Shown one piece after another: positions 56,740-64,000 of a stretch of 64,000 nucleotides of DNA. Made by a program: the position numbers and the translations under genes. Origin of the DNA: an uncultured Actinomycetes bacterium (GTDB lineage Bacteria > Actinomycetota > Thermoleophilia > Gaiellales > JAICJC01). Location of the stretch: positions 609,745 through 673,744 of the forward strand of contig CAWEIZ010000002.1 in NCBI GenBank assembly GCA_963809325.1, in the 5' to 3' direction. Under the pieces are notes generated by a model, which made no database searches, had not been told where the DNA came from, and worked only from the letters and a program-made list of their open reading frames with translations. The stretch's first letter is position 1, and the number at the start of each line of letters is the position of its first letter.

Positions 56740-56999
56740 GATGAGTGACCGATAACTCCCGCGCGCGTGGACGCCCGCCGCTTCGGAACGGCGAACCGGG
56801 GAGAGGCTGTGGCTGCGAACCGTCGCATCGCGGCGTCCTCGGTCGCCCCGATATTTCAATCAATATCGCCCGCCGGCGTCTGCGTCATCGCAGACGCCTT
56901 CCGAACCCTGTCAAGCCGTGCCGGCTTGACAGGTCCTGCGTCCTTGCGCTACTCGGTTCTCGCCACCCAGAACATCACGGGAGTTATCGATCACTCATC
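56740..56999 (-). ncRNA. candidate structured RNA, copy 1 (260 nt; 22-bp closing stem, conserved core, two extra hairpin insertions)
   Basis: Closing stem 56740-56761 / 56978-56999. Its only mismatch is C.A on the plus strand, which is G.U on the minus strand. Core blocks are near-identical to 63590-63794. No conserved ORF. Confidence 0.4.
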
Positions 57000-57289
57000 C
57001 CCCGCCGCCAATCGAACACGGCGGTGAGCGCCTCGGGCGCCTTGACCGCGCCGGCCAGCTCGATCACCTGGAGCTGCAGGTCGTGGTCGTCCGCCAGGCG
57101 GCGCACGACGGCATCCGGATCCAGGCCCTCGAACAGGAAGGCGACGTGCCTGGGGCCGATGAACACCGTGTGCCGCTCGAGCTCGGTCGCCGCGATGTCG
57201 TAGGGCGGCTCCCCGGAGAACGTCTCGAGGAGCTCCTCGCGGCGGGCGGGGTCGATCTGGGCGACGTAGAGGATCTCTGTTCCGGCCAT
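56984..57289 (-). CDS. hypothetical small protein, last gene of the USP-ATPase unit
   Basis: MAGTEILYVAQIDPARREELLETFSGEPPYD...HTVFIGPRHVAFLFEG...; the stop codon lies inside the closing stem of the element above. Confidence 0.6.
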   Translation of the reverse strand: MAGTEILYVAQIDPARREELLETFSGEPPYDIAATELERHTVFIGPRHVAFLFEGLDPDAVVRRLADDHDLQLQVIELAGAVKAPEALTAVFDWRRGMSDR

Positions 57290-57333
57290 CCGTGGTCGAG
57301 GATAGCGCGACGGGGCCGTCGTGCGGAAGGTGG

Positions 57334-59193
57334 TCACGAGCGACCGCCACCCAGGGCCCGGAGCGCGTTCAGGATCACGGCGACGTCGATGACCTCCTGG
57401 AACACCGCGCCCGACACCGGCGGCAGGTATCCGGCGGCGGCGAACGCCATGCCCACGATGCTGAGCCCCAGGCCGGCGATGACGCTCTGGCGGGCGATCC
57501 GGATCGATCGCCGGCCGATGCTCACCGCGCGGGCGACGCGATCGATGCGGTCGACCGCGATCACCGCGTCCGCGGCCTCCGACGCGATGGTGGCGCCGGC
57601 CGCGCCGAGCGCGATGCCGACGTCGGCGAGCGCCAGGGCCGGCGCGTCGTTGATCCCGTCGCCGACCATCACGATCGGGCTCAGGTCATCGCGAGCGGCG
57701 AGCGAGCGGACGAGCTCCAGCTTGTCCTGAGGCGACTGCCTGGCGTAGATCCGGTCGACGCCCGCCGCGCGGCCGATGGCCTCTGCCGTGGTCTCGACGT
57801 CTCCCGTGGCGAGGGCCACGTACCGGACACCCGATCTGCGCAGGTCGGCCACGAGCCCCCCGGCATCCTCGCGCAACCGGTCCGACATCACGATCACGGC
57901 GACGACGCGACCGTCGGCCGCCACGGTGACGCGCGCCTCGCCGTCCGCGGCCGCGCCCTCGTCGGCCAGAGCCTCGGGCTGGGCCGCGTGCGCCGCCACG
58001 AACGCTGCGCTTCCGACAGCGACCGGCCGTCCGTCGACGTCGCCCGCGATGCCCTGTCCCGCGTCCTCCCGCACACCGCTCGGCATGCTGAGCCGGAGTC
58101 CGCGATCCGACGCCTCCCGCACGAGCGCTGCGGCCATGGCGTGCGAGGAGAACTGGTCGAGCGACGCCGCAATCCGCAGCGCCTCGCTCGCAGGGATGCC
58201 GTCCGCGGTCAGGATCCGGTCGACCTGAGCCGTTCCCAGCGTCAGCGTCCCGGTCTTGTCGAAGAGCACGGTGCGCGCGCGGCCCAGCGCCTCGATGACG
58301 GCACCGCCCTTCACGATCACGCCCTCCCGCGCCGCCCGGGACACGCCCGAGATGAACGCGATCGGCGCGGCCAGGATGAGCGGGCACGGCGTCGCAACCA
58401 CCAGCACCGCGACGGCCCGTCGTGGGCTCCCGCTGACCGCCCACGCCGAGCCGGCCACCACGATCGTCACCGGCAGGAACACGGCTGCGTAGCGGTCGGC
58501 CATCCGGACGAAGGGCGCCTGACTGCCTTCGGCGTCGCGCACGAGCCGCACCAGGGCGGCGTACGTGCTGCCCGACGCCGGCGTCGTGGCCTCGAGCTCG
58601 AAGGCCTCGCCGGCATTCGTGCAGCCGCCGCGCGCCGTCGCACCGGTGTGCAGCGTGCGCGGCAACGGCTCGCCGGTCAGCGCCGAGTCGTCGACGATGG
58701 CCTCGGCGCTCTGGACGATGCCGTCTGTGGGGATCACCTCGCCGGCCCGGACGAGCAGACGGTCTCCGACCCGCACCTCGTCGACCCCGATCCGCTCGAC
58801 AGCATCGCCCGTGATCCGGTTCGCCCACTTGGGCGCTCGGTCGACCAGGAGCGTCAGCTCCCGGCGGGCCCGCCCCTGCGCGAAGAGCTCGAGTGCGTTC
58901 CCCCCGGCGAGCATCAGCGCGATCACGGCCCCCGCCAGGTACTCGCCGATCGCCAGCGCGCCCGCCATGGCCAGGAGCGCGATCGCATCCACGCCGACGT
59001 CACCGTGAAGCAGCGACCTCCCGACCGAGATCGAAAGCGGGATCAAGAGGGCGAGCGTCGACGCCGCCCAGATGGTGCTCGCGGCGGCGTGCGCTCCCGC
59101 GAGATCGAGCACCCCTCCTGCAACCAGGCTGACGGTGGCCGCGCCCGGCAGGAGGAGGCGTGTCTCCATGGCCGTGCGCGGCAGACCGGGCAT
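57334..59193 (-). CDS. heavy-metal-type (P1B) P-type ATPase, with no N-terminal metal-binding domain and TM motif PCP
   Basis: DKTGTLT, VMVGDGINDAPALA, ATPCPLILAAP, TGEPLP. The start is 59193 or 59169. Confidence 0.85.
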   Translation of the reverse strand: MPGLPRTAMETRLLLPGAATVSLVAGGVLDLAGAHAAASTIWAASTLALLIPLSISVGRSLLHGDVGVDAIALLAMAGALAIGEYLAGAVIALMLAGGNALELFAQGRARRELTLLVDRAPKWANRITGDAVERIGVDEVRVGDRLLVRAGEVIPTDGIVQSAEAIVDDSALTGEPLPRTLHTGATARGGCTNAGEAFELEATTPASGSTYAALVRLVRDAEGSQAPFVRMADRYAAVFLPVTIVVAGSAWAVSGSPRRAVAVLVVATPCPLILAAPIAFISGVSRAAREGVIVKGGAVIEALGRARTVLFDKTGTLTLGTAQVDRILTADGIPASEALRIAASLDQFSSHAMAAALVREASDRGLRLSMPSGVREDAGQGIAGDVDGRPVAVGSAAFVAAHAAQPEALADEGAAADGEARVTVAADGRVVAVIVMSDRLREDAGGLVADLRRSGVRYVALATGDVETTAEAIGRAAGVDRIYARQSPQDKLELVRSLAARDDLSPIVMVGDGINDAPALALADVGIALGAAGATIASEAADAVIAVDRIDRVARAVSIGRRSIRIARQSVIAGLGLSIVGMAFAAAGYLPPVSGAVFQEVIDVAVILNALRALGGGRS

Positions 59194-59205
59194 CGGGCGT
59201 TGCGG

Positions 59206-59643
59206 TCAGGCTTCGATCGCCGACGACTCTGCGGCCTCGACCCCGTGTCCCGTGTAGCCACCGGGGACGACGAGCACCGGGCACGTGGCGATCGGCAGCA
59301 GGCGCTGCGTTGTGCTTCCCAGCACTGCGCCGGCGAACGGCCCGCGGCCGCGGCTGGCGATCACGATCAGCTCGGCCTCGGCTTCCCGAGCGACTTCGGC
59401 GATCATCTGCGCCTCGTCGCCGAACAGCGAGTCGCGGACGATGATGGAGGTCTCGATGCCGGACCGGGAGAGGTGCTCAACGTGAGCGTGGAGCGTGTCC
59501 TCGATCGCGGTTTCGAGCGCGTGCGTGCGGGCGTGCGCAACCACGATCCGGGCGCCTTCCCGGCGCGCGTACGCCTCGGCGACGGGGATCGCCCGATTGG
59601 AGCCTTCCGATCCATCGAGTGCGAGAACGATTGTGGTGTACAT
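59206..59643 (-). CDS. universal stress protein
   Basis: MYTTIVLALDGSEGS...LIVIASRGRGPFAGAVLGSTTQRLLPIATCPVLVV. Confidence 0.9.
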   Translation of the reverse strand: MYTTIVLALDGSEGSNRAIPVAEAYARREGARIVVAHARTHALETAIEDTLHAHVEHLSRSGIETSIIVRDSLFGDEAQMIAEVAREAEAELIVIASRGRGPFAGAVLGSTTQRLLPIATCPVLVVPGGYTGHGVEAAESSAIEA

Positions 59644-59696
59644 GGCAACACCTCCGTGTCGTTCTCACCATGGTTGCGTGTGGACCTCCGGGCGGC

Positions 59697-59714
59697 ATCG
59701 GGGCGGGTACCGAA
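59697..59714. promoter_or_regulatory. stress-island dyad, site C (minus-strand reading TTCGGTACCCGCCCCGAT), between the divergent USP and oxidoreductase genes
   Basis: Same spacing as sites A and B; followed by GCCGC. Confidence 0.45.
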
Positions 59715-59818
59715 CTCGTGTGCGGGGTTCCCGTATGGCAGGTCATGGCGGCCACCGATGGCCGTCCGGCCGGTCGGCGCTAGCCTTGAGCCGTCAGAGA
59801 GTCCAGCGGAGGTGCGTG

Positions 59819-60943
59819 ATGAGCGGCCTGCGGCGGCTTCGCGTCGTGATTGCCGGAGGAGGGGTGGCGGCGCTTGAGACGGCGCTCGCCCTGCGCACGC
59901 TGGCGCCCGAGCTGACGGAGATCACGCTCGTCGCGCCGACCGACCGGTTCAGGTTCCGGGCAGCGGCGGTCGGCGAGCCGTTCGGCCGCGCCGAGGTGCA
60001 CCGGTTCGACCTGGGGTCGATCGCGCGCGACATCGGCGTCACGCTGCGGCATGGTGCGCTCACGGCCGTCGATGCCGAGAACAGAACGGCGACCCTGGGC
60101 GGCGACGAGAGGATCGAGTACGACGCCGTCGTCATCGCGTGCGGGGCCCAGGCGAGCCCGGTGGTGCCCGGAGCGCTCGTCTTCGGCGGCCCGGAGGACG
60201 TCGAGGGTCTGCGCAGGCTCGTCGCCGAGATCGACGCCGGCGAGGTCCACGCGGTGGCGTTCGCGATCCCGGCGAGCATCGGCTGGACGCTGCCCGCATA
60301 CGAGCTCGCGCTCCTGACGGCGCACCGGGCCGACCCCCGGGTGTCGATCTCGATCGTGACCCCTGAGGAGGAACCGCTGGCCGCCTTCGGCGGCGAGGCC
60401 AGCGCGGAGGTGCGCCGGCTGCTCGAGGCGAACGGCGTTGCGCTCCACCTGCGCCAGACACCGGCCGAGTTCACGGCCGGCGTCCTGCGCACGCAGCCCG
60501 GCGACGAGATCCAGGTCGAGCGCGTGGTCGCCCTGCCGCGGCTCGTGGGCGTCCCGATCGAGGGCGTCCCCGCCACGCGAGATGGGCTGCTGCGCACCGA
60601 CGAATTCGGACGCGTCGACAACCTGACCGACGTCTACGCCGCGGGCGACATCACCGCGTTTCCGGTCAAGCAGGGTGGCATCGCCGCCGAGCAGGCCGAC
60701 GCCGTCGCCGAGATGCTGGCATCAGAGGCGGGGATCGACATCACGCCCACACCGTTTCAGCCCGTCCTGCGGGGCGTGCTCATGACGGGCGAGGAGGACC
60801 GCTTCCTGCGCGCCGACCTGGGGGGCGGGCGCGGGGACACGGCCGAGGCGGAGGCACGGGCGCTGTGGTGGCCGCCGGCGAAGGTCTCGGGCCGCTACCT
60901 GGCGCCGTATCTGGCCGGCATCGAGGCCGCTACCACGACTTGA
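59819..60943 (+). CDS. FAD-dependent pyridine nucleotide-disulfide oxidoreductase (SQR/NDH-2-like), paralog 2
   Basis: GCGGAGG RBS; LRVVIAGGGVAALETALAL...YDAVVIACG...VYAAGDITAFPVKQGGIAAEQAD. Confidence 0.8.
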   Translation: MSGLRRLRVVIAGGGVAALETALALRTLAPELTEITLVAPTDRFRFRAAAVGEPFGRAEVHRFDLGSIARDIGVTLRHGALTAVDAENRTATLGGDERIEYDAVVIACGAQASPVVPGALVFGGPEDVEGLRRLVAEIDAGEVHAVAFAIPASIGWTLPAYELALLTAHRADPRVSISIVTPEEEPLAAFGGEASAEVRRLLEANGVALHLRQTPAEFTAGVLRTQPGDEIQVERVVALPRLVGVPIEGVPATRDGLLRTDEFGRVDNLTDVYAAGDITAFPVKQGGIAAEQADAVAEMLASEAGIDITPTPFQPVLRGVLMTGEEDRFLRADLGGGRGDTAEAEARALWWPPAKVSGRYLAPYLAGIEAATTT

Positions 60944-63572
60944 GCCGTTCCTGGGGCACGGCGTGCGCCACCCGGACGCGTGCGTCCACGGCGACGCAGT
61001 CGTCCGCGAGCGCGATCACGGGGTTCAGGTCGAGCTCGGCCACGTGTGGGAAGTCCTCCGCGAGCGCGGCGAGCCGGACGACGAGGTCGACGAGCGCGCC
61101 CGTGTCGGCCGGCGGGCGACCGCGGAAGCCGCCCACCAGCTCGCCCGCCTTCCCCGACGTGACGAGCTCGCCGGCGTCGATGTCGGTGAGCGGGAGCGTT
61201 GCGAACGCCGTGCCCCCGATCAGCTCGGCCATCGTCCCGCCGGGGCCGAAGGCCACCACGGGGCCGAACACCGGGTCCTGCACGACGCCGGCCAGGAGCT
61301 CGATCCCGCCCGAGACCATCGGCTGGAGCACGGCCGGATACCCGATCCGGTCGAGGGCGGCGTCGAGCGCGGCCAGGTCGCGGACTCCGAGGATCACGCC
61401 GCCGCTGTCGATCTTGTGGACGCCCGCCTCGCCGAGCTTCACGACGAGCGGGTAGCCCAGCGCATGTGCGGCCTCGAGCGCCTCGGGCCGGTTCGTCACC
61501 GTGCGCTGGGCGACGCACGGCACGCCGTAGGCGGTGAGGAGGCGGCGGGCGGCGTCGGCGCCAAGCCAGGCGTCGGGTGAGGCCTCGAGCGCTGATTCGA
61601 TCACCGCGTGGGCCGCGGCCCGGTCGACGACGGGCTCGTGGACGCGCCCCTGCGGCCGGCGCAGCCACTCGGCCCGCTCGGCGGCCCGCGCGAGCGCGCC
61701 GGCGGCGGCCTCCGGGTAGCGGTAGCACGGCACCGATCCGCTGTGAGTCGCGCTGCCGGGGGTGACCGCCAGCACGGGCTTCCGCGGTTGCTCGCGGTCG
61801 CACGCAGCGGCGATGGCGCGAACGACGTCCTCGGGCATTGCGAGCGCCGTGGGCGCCGCGAGCACGACGAGCGAGTCGACGTCGGCGTCGGCGAGGAGCA
61901 GCGGCACGACGGCCGCGTAGGTCTCGGCCGTCGCCGAGGCGATCATGTCGACCGGGTTGGTGACGGTCGCCTCGTCCGGCAGGAGCGCGGCGAGGTGCTC
62001 GCGCGTGTGCTCGTTGAGCGGCGCAAGCTCGAAGCCGAGCTCGGCGCAGGCGTCGGCGCACAGGATCGCCAGCCCGCCTGCGTTCGACAGGATCGCGACC
62101 CGCCTGCCGTGGGGCAGCGGCTGGGTCGCGACAAGCTGGAGGACGTCGCACAGCTCCTGCAGGGTGTGCGCGCGGATCACGCCGGCCTGTTCGAACAGCG
62201 CCTCCACCGCCCGGTCGGAACCGGCCAGCGCGGCAGTGTGTGACATCGCGGCCCGCTCGCCCATCGTCGTCGACCCGCTCTTCAGCGCCAGGACCGGCTT
62301 CTGCCTGGCGACCCGGTTGGCGATGCGCGCGAAGCGGCGGGGGTTCCCGACCGACTCCAGGTAGAGCGCGATCGCGGCAGTGTTGTCGTCGTCCTCCCAG
62401 TACTCGAGCAGGTCGTTGGACGACACGTCCGCCTTGTTGCCGATCGATACGAACGCGGACATGCCGAGGCCGCGCTGGGAGGCCTCGTCGATCACCGCGA
62501 GGCCGACGGCGCCGCTCTGCGACGAGATGGCCACGTTCCCCGGCTCGAACTGGCGGCGCGAGAACGTCGCGTTCATCTTCGTCGCCGCGGCGAAGACGCC
62601 CAGGCAGTTCGGCCCGACCATGCGCGCACCGTGCGAGCGGACGAGTGACAGCAGGTCGGCCTCGGCCTTCGCGCCGGCCGGCCCGGTCTCGGCGAACCCC
62701 GCCGAGATCACGCACACCGCCTTCGTGCCGGCGGCGAGCGCCTCGGCGACCGCTCCCTGGACGGCGCCCGACGGCACCGCGATGACCGCCAGGTCGATGG
62801 GCACCGGCAGCTCCGCGACCGAGGCGTGCGCGGGGTGCCCGGCAACGGGCTCGCCGGAGCGGTTGACCGGGAAGACCGATCCGGTGTAGCCGGCCTCGAC
62901 GATGTTCCGGAAGACGGCGCCTCCGATCGACCCCTCGCGCGCGGACGCGCCGACCACGGCGACCGAGTCCGGCTCGAGCACGGGCCGCAGCGACGGCCCG
63001 ACCGCGGTGTGGTCGCGAAAGTCCACTGCCTCGAAGTAGCGCTCGTCGAACCGGATCGGGAAGTCGACCCGGATCTCCTCGCCGTCGTCGCTGCGGGTGA
63101 CCTCGAACCCCGAGTCCTCGAAGACCCGCAGCATCGCCCGGTTCTCGGGCAGCACCTCGGCGACGAAGCGCTCGATCCCGATCTTGCCCGCCTCGTCCGC
63201 GATCTGCTCGAGCAGCCGGGTGGCGATCCCGTCGGCCTGGCGGTCGTCGGCCACGACGAACGAGACCTCCGCCAGCCGCGGGTCGCGGAGGCGGACGAAG
63301 CTCGCCAGGCCGATCACCCGGGCGCTCTCGTCGGCGCCGACGGCGGTGGCGAGGAGCACGCCCTCGCTCGTCCAGTCCGGGTCGAGGAAGCTCGCGACCA
63401 TCGCGTCGTCGACGCGCCTGGCGGCGTGGAACCGCAGACGCATGCTCGTCGGCGAGAGCTCCGTCAGGAACCGCCGCACGGCGTCGGCGTCGTCGTCGGA
63501 AGGCGGGCGCAGGCGGAGCGTGCGCCCGCCTCGCAGGATGACGTCGTGAACGCGTTGCCCGGTGGCGCTCAT
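60930..63572 (-). CDS. bifunctional GNAT acetyltransferase / ADP-forming acyl-CoA synthetase-like protein (Pat-like, GNAT N-terminal)
   Basis: N-terminal GNAT domain (VADDRQADGIATRLLEQIADEAGKIGIERFVAEVLPENRAMLRVFEDSGF). It is followed by CoA-binding/succinyl-CoA-ligase-like and ATP-grasp regions (VAVVGAS...GPNCLG...SQSGA...VVKL...). GGAAGG RBS. Confidence 0.85.
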   Translation of the reverse strand: MSATGQRVHDVILRGGRTLRLRPPSDDDADAVRRFLTELSPTSMRLRFHAARRVDDAMVASFLDPDWTSEGVLLATAVGADESARVIGLASFVRLRDPRLAEVSFVVADDRQADGIATRLLEQIADEAGKIGIERFVAEVLPENRAMLRVFEDSGFEVTRSDDGEEIRVDFPIRFDERYFEAVDFRDHTAVGPSLRPVLEPDSVAVVGASAREGSIGGAVFRNIVEAGYTGSVFPVNRSGEPVAGHPAHASVAELPVPIDLAVIAVPSGAVQGAVAEALAAGTKAVCVISAGFAETGPAGAKAEADLLSLVRSHGARMVGPNCLGVFAAATKMNATFSRRQFEPGNVAISSQSGAVGLAVIDEASQRGLGMSAFVSIGNKADVSSNDLLEYWEDDDNTAAIALYLESVGNPRRFARIANRVARQKPVLALKSGSTTMGERAAMSHTAALAGSDRAVEALFEQAGVIRAHTLQELCDVLQLVATQPLPHGRRVAILSNAGGLAILCADACAELGFELAPLNEHTREHLAALLPDEATVTNPVDMIASATAETYAAVVPLLLADADVDSLVVLAAPTALAMPEDVVRAIAAACDREQPRKPVLAVTPGSATHSGSVPCYRYPEAAAGALARAAERAEWLRRPQGRVHEPVVDRAAAHAVIESALEASPDAWLGADAARRLLTAYGVPCVAQRTVTNRPEALEAAHALGYPLVVKLGEAGVHKIDSGGVILGVRDLAALDAALDRIGYPAVLQPMVSGGIELLAGVVQDPVFGPVVAFGPGGTMAELIGGTAFATLPLTDIDAGELVTSGKAGELVGGFRGRPPADTGALVDLVVRLAALAEDFPHVAELDLNPVIALADDCVAVDARVRVAHAVPQERLKSW

Positions 63573-63589
63573 CAAGACCTTCCGTAATC

Positions 63590-63794
63590 TAGATGGTTGA
63601 TTCCCAATTCGCGCGCGCCTGGACGTCCGATTTGTGGCGTGGACCGCCAAGCGTGGCGGGGCTGCGGCTGCGAACCGTCGCATCGCGGCGTCCTCGGTCG
63701 CGCCGATATTCACCAATATCGGCGCTCCCTGCGTCCTTGCGCTGCTCGGTTCTCGCCGCCCAGGACATCACGTGAATTGGGAATCAACCATCTA
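63590..63794 (-). ncRNA. candidate structured RNA, copy 2 (205 nt; perfect 21-bp closing stem), between the USP stop codon and the Pat-like gene RBS
   Basis: Closing stem 63590-63610 / 63774-63794. Core blocks match copy 1. On the minus strand its 5' end is the USP stop UAG and its 3' end lies 17 nt before ATG 63572. Confidence 0.4.
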
Positions 63795-64000
63795 GGCCGG
63801 ACCCGGCCGAATCACCAGGACCGAGCATCCTGCGCGGTGTGCGGCGCGCTCGCTCACGCTCCCGAGCGCATGGACCCCTCTCAACCCGCGGCTCCCGAGC
63901 ACGAGGAGATCCGCGTCCACATCCGAGAACGCGTCGACGGGATCGCGCGTGTCGTCGGTCAGGAGGAAGCCGCCCGAGTCGATGACGATCGACCGCACCG
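63792..64000 (-). CDS. universal stress protein, C-terminal part (5' end outside window)
   Basis: ...DADLLVLGSRGLRGVHALGSVSERAAHRAGCSVLVIRP*. Confidence 0.75.
   Translation of the reverse strand, partial: VRSIVIDSGGFLLTDDTRDPVDAFSDVDADLLVLGSRGLRGVHALGSVSERAAHRAGCSVLVIRPGPA

Noticed and set aside
63589-63771. A shared peptide, RGDRGRRDATVRS, in minus-strand ORFs at both copies of the structured element, which suggested a conserved small protein.
   Set aside because: In copy 1 the corresponding frame hits TAG where copy 2 has CAG. The copies differ by insertions that are not multiples of three, and the outer inverted repeats covary. Conservation is at the nucleotide and structure level, not the coding level.

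Overview
This is a very GC-rich window (roughly 70% by eye) with dense coding and many 4-nt ATGA/GTGA start-stop overlaps. That pattern fits a high-GC Actinomycetota-like chromosome, but taxonomy cannot be fixed from the sequence alone. I saw no rRNA, tRNA, CRISPR array or transposase.

Gene content, left to right:
- 1-6.6 kb: a complete protocatechuate / 4-hydroxybenzoate beta-ketoadipate cluster (pcaIJ-pcaHG-pcaB-pcaD-pcaC-pobA).
- 6.6-14 kb: small accessory genes, including a cupin, a DHFR-family protein, a MarR regulator, a MetE-like protein, an ABC-2 exporter and a PHP hydrolase.
- Three peptide/nickel-type (family 5) ABC importer clusters at 14.2-19.5 kb, 23.2-29.0 kb and 40.4-49.6 kb. 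The third is mixed with Gfo/Idh/MocA, SDR and 2-hydroxyacid dehydrogenases and two tandem paralogous unknowns.
- 20-23 kb: a phosphate module (PPK2, PiT, DUF47).
- 29.2 kb: an RpoD-family sigma factor.
- 30.3 kb: an OLD-family ATPase/TOPRIM nuclease.
- About 31.6 kb to the window end: a stress/dormancy-like island. It holds an eRF1-like protein, four USP genes, Hsp20, two paralogous FAD oxidoreductases, a P1B-type ATPase, a two-component system, an ApbE/ferric-reductase/ferredoxin operon and a GNAT-acyl-CoA-synthetase (Pat-like) gene.

Most notable observations:
1. Two copies of a 205-260 nt hairpin-closed element (56740-56999 and 63590-63794). The core is conserved, the closing stem shows compensatory changes, and one copy carries extra hairpin insertions. 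This is a candidate undescribed structured RNA on the minus strand, placed after USP-led transcription units and directly in front of the Pat-like gene.
2. An AhpE-like peroxiredoxin whose peroxidatic Cys codon is an in-frame TGA followed by a SECIS-like hairpin. This is a candidate selenoprotein.
3. A conserved dyad, TTCGG-N7/8-CCGA(T/A), in five promoter regions of the stress island.
4. About ten apparent single-base frameshifts in otherwise intact operon genes, many of them at short G/C runs. Either the assembly has indel errors or these genes are decaying.
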